From positions 186,001-250,000 of the forward strand of contig CM082589.2 of the NCBI GenBank assembly GCA_040954595.2: a stretch of 64,000 bases of DNA, read 5' to 3'. The DNA is from Balanoglossus misakiensis (lineage: Eukaryota; Animalia; Hemichordata). Position 1 is the stretch's first letter. Every line of letters starts with the position of its first letter. Position numbers and translations under genes: made by a program. The notes beneath the pieces are model-generated. The model had not been told where the DNA came from, ran no database searches, and saw only the letters and a list, made by a program, of their open reading frames with translations. This document shows positions 38,186-48,831 of the stretch, in pieces.

Positions 38186-41100
38186 ATGACCAAGGACCCT
38201 CTCTGTAAGTCCCTTTGAAGTTCCTTCTGCATGGTAGCAATATATAATTCTGAAATGATATTGTCCCAAGCTGTTATTGTTTCAATATTAAAATTCAGAT
38301 ACCAAAGCTGTATCATGGATAGTTCTAGTCATTGATGTCTTCAGTTACCCCAACTGTGGATTGTAGCAGTATACTTTACTCTGATACACCATATTAGTCT
38401 TGTGTAAAGTGGACAGAGTTCATCTTGATTTTACTGTACAGTGCTTGAAAGAATAAATCATGTATTTGCATAACTCAGCATGATCCAAAATAGCATAATC
38501 ACTAGATTTAAAATTAATCATGACCAAAGAGCCAGTGTTATTGTCTCTCAGCTGGAAGCAATTGAACAAGGATTACATTGATTTAGTTTATCAGGTTTTT
38601 CCATTGAGAGTGAATATTTCATCAACAGTCTCCTGTGTTTTATATGTTGCATTGATGGAGGTTTTATCAACTTTATTATTGAACAACGTCAGATGAATGC
38701 TTGCTGTATTCTTGAATCTAATGACAACATAGTGATGGATATTTGTGGAAATCTGGACTTCATTAGAGTAGAATTTTGAATAGAAGTTGTCTGAAAATAG
38801 AATGTGTCCCAGAGTTACCAAGGGGATTAGTACGAAAGAAATAGCAAAGCTCAAGTAGCCATTTGCCTAAACACTTTACCACATGGTGAGGTCCTTTCTA
38901 ATACAGTTTTATTCCTAATGATTAGGGCTGCCATTATTCTATTATTACAAGTGGAATCAGAGTCGTCATAATCACATATTAATGTAATATAAGGAGGGTG
39001 AAGTAACTGATGTATGCAAAACCAGCACATTTTTCCTTTGTGTTATAAAAAAGCTGAGCACTGCTAATTAAATTATAGTTAGTGAAACCCTGTACTGTTG
39101 AAGTGTTGTAGAACCTCACATCCTTCATCTCTGCTGGAGTTGCCATTTTTTGTGTCCCCAAGTCTCTACTAAATGGCACAACATTACAAGGGATTTATCT
39201 AAATCTGCATTTTGTACAAGTTGTTTCCCCAAGGGTGAAGGAGAGTATCTGTAATTGATCACTGTTATGCCTGACTGAACTGTTGTCCTGTTGCTGGCTT
39301 GTTACTGAAAGAGAAAGAAGAAGGGAAGGGGGGGGGGGGGGGGGCAGAGGGAGGGGGAGATAGAGAGAAGGGGGAGGGAGAGAGAGAGAGATAGAAACAT
39401 AAATGTACAGATACAGATGCATAAACATGATTGCAATGAATGAATTAAGCTTAATATTACAAAATTAAAGGTACTTTTTAATCATGAATGGAGAATTAAA
39501 AATCAATTTCATTTGCATATCTATAGAGGTACCAATTATTGTAATAGAAGATATCCCCATTACAATGAAATGCTGTAATATAAATGTTTTATATGTATAC
39601 CATGATATTTGCAATGGCAAGATGAAATAAAAGCGCTGACATTTGGAAGAAAAGGTTCATATAACATATTTTTTACCTTTTAAGAATGGAGCGTGCATAA
39701 ATGGAAATCAATGTGTATAACATATGCATTGAGAAATGTCAGATTTTCTTTCAGTGAAAAATACTGAAAATTGAAGTTTCCTGAAAGATTTATTACAGTG
39801 GTGATTTTGTGTTTCTAAATAGAGATGATGAGTTACTTAATATTCTGTATACAGTGCCTTTCAAGGTCAAAAAATATATTTAACCACCATGGAAAATCTA
39901 AATTTAAAATAAGATTGATGAAACAAATACGCTTGGTGAAATAAGATCCACCCAATGGTTGGTTCATGCACCAATTTCACCACTTGGAAAAATCCACATA
40001 TTTCTATTTTTCAGTTGTTGGGAACCGTACGAAACTTACATATTCTGCCCCATTACATGTATATCTCATGTTGAATGAATTTGAAAGTTAAACAGTAATT
40101 AATCTGTTGGTTGATCTTTAGTCTCTGTATAGTCCTACAGGGATTTGTGTGCTATAATTTTTGAGTAGCATAAATTAAGATGGTGGTCGTTTGGACCACA
40201 CACAGAGCATTTTAATTAGGCAGCGATGTATGTGAAACAGGCCATTGGCTATTCCTCAGTCGATATCCATAAGTACCCCATGACCCGGATATCAAAATTA
40301 AGTAGTTGGAAAATTATCAGCCTTTGTTGCCAAGCAACTGTTCTTTAATGTTTTAGCTCCTCCAGAAATGTGCTCAATTGTGCATTCAAATGTTTGATAG
40401 AGTTGTTGGCCAGGCTGTCAAACCAAGAAATCATTTGCTGGACTGTGAAATCCTCAAAAGGATGAAGTGTATTGCTGTAACACAAAGTGTCTGTTGCCTA
40501 GTTCTGACCGAGTGTTTTTGACATTTACAAACATCCTCACTGAATAATCAGCTCCTGATACATGTAACAGTAGTTTTACCATTGTTAAAAGGGGTGGAAA
40601 ATTTTCCTGTTCAACCCTCACCCAGATATCAAATTATTCAACCATTTGCTGTATGTATGGGTGTACTATAGATTGATAAATGGATTGATGGGTGTTTATT
40701 TGCTTTTTACTTTTAGCAGATGGCCAACATTAGAAGGAAATTACTTTAACCACTGTGTATAAAACAAGAATAAACATCCATTCACCCCTGGAGTGAAAAT
40801 GTACAAAGCACAAATGTGACATTAATGACAATATTTGTCTAAATTTGAAACTGACAGGGTGTGAAGACTGTGGGAAGTCACAACCAGGAGAATGCAACAT
40901 TCATGGACCGTTGATTAAAGTCAAAGATAAAGTTATCCCCAGCCATGCCAGATTAACAATTCCACACTACTTAGCACTTAAAGAAATTGAACTCCGAGCC
41001 GGTAATCAACAGAGTAAGTAGACTTGTTTTTATCCATACTTTTTCACGCTACAATTCTCCACTTGATGACTTGATCTTATTTGTTTGCATCATTTCATCA

Positions 41101-44100
41101 AAAGTCTGCATGTATCGAAAGTCCATGTAAATGGTAAGTTTAGCAATATTAATTTACTTAAACGAATTTCTTCTTGATTAGTCTTGTCACATCTCTCATG
41201 CCAGTTGGTTAATTTGTTTTGATGCATGTTCAGTTCTAGGTATCTACGCCAGGAAGCTGATACAAAAGAGAACACAGTTTGGTCCGTTTTTAGCACCAAG
41301 GATAACCAAATTTGAATCAAGATTAGACAACTCAAAGTTGGAGTATAAGGTCAGTGTCAATGTTGGTTTCCGTACGGCAATTTGTCATATCCTTTCCCAA
41401 CCAATCATATAGCACAGAAAATAGACCAGATGTTTTACTCTGTGTGATGTTTTCCCTTTCAGCTCTTCCACAATGGTTTGGAGCCATTAATCCTTGATAC
41501 TTCCAGTGAAGACATGTGTAATTGGATGATGTTTGTCAGACAAGCTTCCAGTGTAGAGGATCAGAATGTTGTAGCCTATCAGCACAAAAATGACATTTAC
41601 TTTACTACAGTTAAGGTAAGTCTTATTTGTTCTTCTGTCAGGTTTTTGCAGAGCAGATTAACAGCCTACAGTTTTGAATGGAAGTTGTCAATTCAAAGAC
41701 CAACATGGGATATTATTACCTACATAAATGACAGCATGTATGACTCATGTAGAATGATATATGTTATTGCTTGTACGAAACTATTTTGCGTTAATCAATG
41801 AAATTTTATTTTCCTCCATGCAGCCTATCCCTCCACATTGTGAATTAAAAGTCTGGTATTCGGCAGAATATGCCAAGTTAATGACTTCTGATTCGTTGGA
41901 AAAGCCATGTAAGTTATCTCCTCGTCTAAGTCAACTACAACAAATCCTATCAGGTACTCATTTCATTTCTAGATGTTTTTAAAGCTAAGGTGAAGAATTA
42001 ACAAGATGGCCTGTCTGCATTGTGAGAACATACAGGATATTTGCCTCTTGACAAAAGACACTTCAGAAATAGATGATTTGGGAAATTTTGGTGCTTGTGG
42101 TATTTGGTGAATTTTGGACCTCACAACATCAATATGTAGTTTCACAATGCAAACAGGCTAGTAAATATAACATTATCATGTATCATCTTCCCCTTAGCTA
42201 TTACTGACCTGGACAGTAGTATTGTTTATGTCAAAATAAATTTCAAATAAACTTGGTTCCAATTTAAACTTTGCATAGTGTTGGCATTGTGGAAATTTAA
42301 ACAAAAGTATGAGACAAATTTTTGAGACATGGTAACATTTTGCATGGAATCGGATGGTTAGATAACTGGATTGTTGTATTTTGCAGGTGATCCTCTCCCG
42401 GAACCCATACTCCTGCAGAGCCCTCCACCACTTCCAGCAGTAACCACGGCAACATTTACCACCCTGACAACACCCTTATTTACCAAAGAAATCAAAGAGG
42501 TAAGTGAACAAAGACGTGTAAGCTGGCATCTTCAGCCATTTTTATGTGAATTTTCTTTGATTTCTTTAAACTTCGGACTTTGACAGTGATTGGTAATTTC
42601 TTTGTTGTGTATTGATATTTTGTGTGCAGAATCTGAACGGAGCTGAGACCAACTCAACAACATCAAATGGAAGCTCAGATCCATGGAAGTGTTCAAACTG
42701 TAACCATGTGTTCAGCACATTCGCTTTGCTAGAAGAGCATGTATGCGAATCTAAACCTACCAAGAAACGGGGCCGCAGACCCAAAAAGGGAAAGAACTCC
42801 GCGCTTCTTCATCGCATGGAGAAGAAGAAGGAGTCGAAGTTGAAGAAGTCGAAAGGTAAGATGTCAAGAATGATATCTGAGAGAAAGACGTTCTGCTGTG
42901 ACTTCTGCGGAAAGGTGTTCTTGAACCCCGAGAAGCTGAAGACCCATTCATACAACCATACAGGGGAGAGACCCTTCCAATGTGCGCACACGGAATGCAA
43001 GAAGGCCTTTGTATCCAAATATAAACTGATGAGGCACATGGCCACTCATTCACCTCTCAAGGTACACACATGTACTTACTGTGATAAGAAGTTTCACCGG
43101 AAAGACCACCTGAAGAACCACCTCCACACACACGACCCAAACAAAGTGTCGTTCAATTGTAAGGAGTGTGGCAAAGTGTATAACACAAAGCCAGGGTTCC
43201 GCAAGCATATAGCGTTGCATGCAGCTGCGGCTGGGGATTTAACGTGTAAGATTTGTAATAAAGATTTTGAAAGTACCGATATTCTTTTAGAGCATATTAA
43301 AGTGCATTCAGGGAAGTCAAATGGGGTGAAGGAAAAGAAACATAAATGTGAGCATTGCGAGAGGAGATTCTACACACGGAAAGATGTCAGGCGGCATTTA
43401 GTTGTACATACGGGTCGCAAAGACTTCTTATGCCAGGTGTGCGGGCAACGGTTCGGTCGCAAGGACCACCTGGTGCGTCACAGTAGGAAGAGTCATAGTG
43501 GTGATGCCAGTAAGAATCGGTTAACCCCCGTACAGGTACAACAGATGCAGCAAGCGTTGCTGCCAGTTACTGCCAACGAGACCCAGTTGCTGCAGACGCA
43601 ACTGCAAGCTCCCACACACCCTCACACTTTACAGCAGATCCAACCTCAACAGCATCAGATACAACTACAGCTGCAACCACTGCCAATTAAAATACCCCCA
43701 CCTCCACCCTCCAAACTCATCAACAAACTCCTGCAGTCGCCCAATTGCAGCACAACCTCCTTTCAAAATACAACTCTGGTTTACACTCAGACCAAAGCTA
43801 GGCCCCCAACTAAAGCTGCCACCAAAGTCTATGATATTAAACCCCCTGTCACTCCGCCAAAAGTTGCCCTAGAAGTCTCCGTAGAGACAACGAATAACTT
43901 AGATGAAAACAAAGGCCCAGCAGTGATTACTGAGCCTGTCAATGCCAGCACTGTTGATTTGGGTCAATTGCTAGGATTCCTTCCCTTGAACCCCCCTGTG
44001 ACCAGTACACAACTCCATGACCCCTCACCCCCACCTTTGGCCCCAACAACAGTCATTGCGCAACCTCACACTCTGACGCTCACCACACAGCCACAGCTCA

Positions 44101-44222
44101 GTAATGGACCAAGTAGTCCAGATGGAGGCTTGCAGAGACTTCAGAATGCAACTCTGACCCAGATTGCCTTCTCTAGTCCCCTGACTCAGTCTCTTCCCAG
44201 GTTTCACCAGGCATTCCAGTAG
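38186..44222 (+). CDS. PLAG1: PLAG-family zinc-finger protein with N-terminal zinc knuckle and PR/SET domain (~744 aa)
   Basis: Exons 38186-38204, 40858-41013, 41234-41349, 41463-41615, 41824-41908, 42387-42499, 42630-44222 join in frame (2235 nt). Knuckle [15 protein letters not shown] domain [47 protein letters not shown]. Seven PLAG-type C2H2 fingers ([50 protein letters not shown]), then LLGFLPLN and the PLAG C-terminus LPRFHQAFQ. The symbol denotes the PLAG1/PLAGL1/PLAGL2 pro-orthologue. Confidence 0.92.
39308..39394. repeat. Polypurine G/GA tract with poly-G and (GA)n
   Basis: Nearly pure purine run including a G run of ~16 and a GA repeat, in the PLAG intron. Confidence 0.8.
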
Positions 44223-45229
44223 AAAACAAACCCTCTTATCACTGAAATGCATTGCCACCCCCAAAACTGCCACTGTGCATGAACAGAGATTCAACTGTAA
44301 TGAAGCAATGATGAATGAAAGCCTGGTTGAAGAGAATTTGTCTTTGACAGATTTTTTTCCGACATGTGCAATTTGAAGAATTTCTTATGATGAGGTACAC
44401 CAAGATCGAATCATTGTTATGTTTTGCAAAGTCAATCTTCATGTACATTGATGTTTAAATTATTTGGAAAAAAAAGATTTAAAAAAGATTAAAAAAATGC
44501 TAGAGACACTGCAGTGAACTACCTCATTTGTTTTGTGCATGGCAATCAAAAGATTATTCTGTCCATCCTTTACGCCTTTGTATTCCGAACCAGGTAGACA
44601 ATAGACTGTCAGAGCAACTCTAATAAAATTGGGCAAACCCACAACTTCACAACACCAACACATAATCTGTTTATACAGCCATTATGTGAGCCAAGACTTT
44701 GGAACTTCTTTTCTGTAATAGATGTTTTTTAGAATCAAGATAGTTGAATCATGTTTTTGAAATGAATGTCAGGGATAGAACATGTTTTATTCGTCGTTGC
44801 AATCATGTTTGTGAAAAGTAAATTGTAAAATCAGGGATAGAATGAATTGTAGTTTAGACAGTAGTCATGTGTATATAGAAACTTAGCGATGTAACACAGT
44901 GGATGTGTTTTCTTTTGCCGAATTTTCTGAGTGGTGCTGTGTTCATTGTCTGCTTGTCATGTTGTCCTTCGTGTTCTGTGCAAAATGCAAGATTAATCTG
45001 GCACTCTGATATTGATGGGCCAAGTTTGCATCCCTGTGTTAACTTAAGTTGTTTGAGATTTTATTTGTGACCGTTGCTGCCTAATTGAAAATTGAACATC
45101 ACAGCAAAGGATCTGAATTGACATTCAGTTGATCAGAAATCTGTGTTCACACACTGATTCAGTGCTTTGGTGTTCAAGGAGTCAAGTTGCAATGGTGTCA
45201 CATAATAATGAAGTAACTACCACAATGGA

Positions 45230-45313
45230 CCCTTTCACCCCCACTCCCTTGTATACTGATCCAACAGTGCCACTGAAAACAATGGGATGTACCAAATAAC
45301 CATTGTGAAAGGG
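45230..45313 (+). mobile_element. ~80 bp piggyBac-like mini-MITE copy
   Basis: CCCTTTCACCCCCA...GAAAACAATGGG..ACCAT..TGAAAGGG, similar to the copies at 48747 and 52220. Confidence 0.6.
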
Positions 45314-46268
45314 TTGAAACATCTAATATAATGTGTACAATATGAGCTTTACTATGTGTTTAGTAACTACATGTATAGTGAGTAGCTGTTTCAAAACTAC
45401 AGTTGTTTTGATGACAATTCAACGGTAGCAAGTTTTATCTCTGTGGATGACTGTAATGCAGACATTTGTAAAACTGCAATTTCTTGTGAATGTGGAATGT
45501 TTTGTTAGCATTTTCCACTGTGTTGTACAGACATGTAATGTATAGACATTTTCTAAATCGATCTTAAACAGTGAATTAATTATAAACCTAGTACAATTTC
45601 AGTGTTTCAATTTTTTGAATTTTCAAAACACGTTGTTTTGATTTAGAAACTAGTTTTGTTATTGTTATTGTTATTCAAAAGTAATATAAACCCAACAAAG
45701 AATTTTATTACTATTATAATGTATAATAAAGTATTTCAATACATTTTTTTATTATTAATATTTTAGAAAACTTAAGTTTACTTATGTTTGCTATTTGTAA
45801 AGTATTTATTTTTTCTTTGTTTTTCATCATATTCAATTTAAGTTTAAAGAAAGTGCAAGTGTTTTTTTCCACATTTGTAGTTTAATTTTGTACTGAAGAA
45901 TATTCAATCATGAATTTTGTCCAATTCCATTGCCAAGTGTAATTTTCTCAGCCATAACTTCAGTATCTTTAATAACCATCTTTTTTCGCTATTTATTTAG
46001 TGGCTGGTTATTTTTACCCATGTTTTGTCAGGGTAGGTGCCAATTTAATTTTCAGGACTGTTTTGTTTGCCCCTGTAAGTCAGGCTTAACACACCCCTAC
46101 TCAGAGTGGAATGGTCATGCTTGCCCCTGTAAATCCGACCAGAAACTCTCCTGAAAGTGGAATCATCCAACTTTTTGCGAGGAATTGATAAGAACTCATC
46201 TGAGTGGGGATGTGGTCCTGAAATTTGTAATAGTTTGCTGACTAACTTTCAGTGTTTGTGGTGCAATA

Positions 46269-46425
46269 TTGTGAGTACAAACAGCCACTTTTATTCAAAT
46301 TAGTAGTACTCCTTAACTTTGTGAGTGCAAACAGCCACTTATACTCAAATTAGTAGTACTCCTTAACTTTGTGAGTGCAAACAGCCACTTATACTAGTAC
46401 TCAAATTAGTAGTACTCCTTAACTT
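46269..46425. repeat. Three-copy ~50 bp tandem repeat
   Basis: Unit ttgtgagt(a/g)caaacagccactt..tcaaattagtagtactccttaact repeated three times with small indels. Confidence 0.9.
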
Positions 46426-48746
46426 GCTCTATGCAAGTCTTTCTGTCCAAGCCTTTTGCATAGTTCTGAAAGTAGGGTCTGTCATGATGTGAAGTAGCAA
46501 TTATTCAGTCTAAGACTCCCTAGGAAAGTAGGTGTAAAAAGTTAGTGACTTTTCAGTCATGCAGTATTTCCACAGTGGAAAATATATTGAGAATATGTGC
46601 AAAACTCCTTAGGCTAGTTAAAAGTACTTGCAATGTCAGCATTATGAGTGTGCATGTTAGTCTTTCTAGAAAATTAGCATTATGAAGTATTTGATAGGCA
46701 CCAGAATAATGGCCGGCAAGTTGACATATTTGTGTGACAAGAATTTTACAAAAAGAAATAATTATTTGAATGTGGTAAATGGATAGGTTAAGAAAAGGGT
46801 CCCTATGCAAACCCGTTGTGCATTGTGTCAGTATTTTTCAAATTATGTAAAAATCAAGATATTGAGAGATTTAGAGTTTTTCATGCAAGTGCAATTGACT
46901 GAAGGATTCAAGGATCACATGAACAAATTTATTACTGCCTCTGATGTCTTTCAAGTTTATTTTCACCAATCTAGGGACTACATTAAGCACACCTAAGTTA
47001 ATACTATTTTGCAGCACTCATCTGTTTTACTACATTGATGACTATCTATGCACAAGTTGAATGAGTGAAAATGAATCATGAAGGAGAGTTTAGTAAAGGT
47101 GTTATGTTTTAGTCGCATTGAGGTCTTTAAGAAGCTTCAAGTTTTACAGAAATGTCAATCATACCAGATCAATTTGCAAATCAACCAATCAGATGTAGAG
47201 TTTTATTTGGAACGTTGAACTTATTTGCATAGGGGCTTGTGACAGATTGTTTTCCCTGAAGTGTTCAGTGCTGCTGGTCTAGTTATTCTGTAATGATGTA
47301 GTTTTTCGAGTCAATCGACAAAATGAAAAATTGTTTGAAATAAATTGATGTGAGACGTGAAAAATGTTCTTGGTGAATACTGCTACTTGACCTCATGACG
47401 GATGTTGAAAAGTAAAGTTCTGTAATCTTGTTCTGTGTGTTTGTCAATCAGAACTTCTTGTAATGTGATAGCCTTCAATGTGAGCTGTATTTCTTAAAAA
47501 AATGACCTTTTTGTGTAGATGGTAAACTTTGAACTTTGACCCTAGTGATTGAGTACTATGTATCTTTTAAACTTAGAAATTAATGGTAGCCCCTCATCAG
47601 TGGAGGGGGCTGTACCCCACAGTGTGAGGGCAGAACCATGTCATTGCAATAATGAAATCTTCCAGTCATTTTAAACAAATTCAATTACTATAATGATAGA
47701 GTGTGAAATGTAATACTTAGAAATTTTAAAGAAACTTAGAACATTCTTTTCTTGCATATATATATTTCATATGCAGTGGACTTGGATATGATTTGGTGTG
47801 TAGAATATGCCCTTTGGACTAAAAATTAGCAATTGAGACATCAAAATATTTATAATAATGAATGGTGTTCTCTAAATTATCAGCTTCAAATGGATTTGAA
47901 TACTTTAAATTCAAAAATGCTGATGGAAGTGATGTTTTTATCTAGTTTTAAAACTATGATCAGGTATAGACTGTAAGTTGAAATTCATCCCTAGATATGA
48001 TGCCTAGACCAACATGCCTAAATATTAAATATCAAATCAGTGCATGATCACATGGAAATGCTGTTCTGGAAGTATAAAGCCTGCCAACATTGGTGAGTGT
48101 ATGAGTTGTTTTTATTGCAATGGTTTCCCAGCATTCCTTGCAAAACACAACTCTCTAAATTTGAGTCTGTGTGTATCATCACATGATCTGGACAAGACAG
48201 TCAGCATAAATTTGACGAAATGCTGAAAATAAAAATCATCTTAATTTGATGAAAGCTTTTCAATCTCACCAGTCAGACCAAGTCCACTGCATATCTCAGC
48301 TTTTTAAAGACTTAGATTGGATTGCGTAGATTATACTTGTCTTTCAATGATTTTCAATTCCCAACCCCATTTATTTTCCTTCACTGTCAACACCTTTGTG
48401 TGTCATTTTTTTCTGGGGATCCACTTAAACTGGCAAAGCAACTTAAAATTTTCATTGTAATTTAAACGGTCAGCTGTGTTCAATTGTACACACATCTCTG
48501 CTCTCTCAACTCTAATAATACCTAAGAGATTCTTAAGTCTATAAATGAACTGTTTTACGGAAACACTGCTTGCTCCAGTTTCTCTAACAGATTGAAATTC
48601 TTGCATGTTTTTGAATTATTTATCTGTGTTTATTAAGTTATATTGTTCTTTTCAATTTTTTTTGCAGTTTGTTCGTGCATTTTTATTATTGAACATTGAA
48701 GTTGTACCCAGTAAGCATTTGAACAGGAAGTGTTTGGTTTATTAAA

Positions 48747-48831
48747 CCCTTTCACCCCCAGTTCCCTTTTTAGAGGTCCAAGCTTACCATAGAAAACAAT
48801 GGGTTTGGACTGAACCATGGTGTTGAAAGGG
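48747..48831 (+). mobile_element. ~85 bp piggyBac-like mini-MITE copy
   Basis: (TTAAA)CCCTTTCACCCCCAGTTCCC..AGAGGTCCAA..TTTGGAC..ACCATGGTGTTGAAAGGG(TTCA), with short terminal inverted repeats and degenerate TTAA flanks. Confidence 0.7.

Noticed and set aside
46269-46425. CRISPR-like repeat array
   Set aside because: Units are contiguous with no unique spacers, the context is eukaryotic and there are no cas genes.
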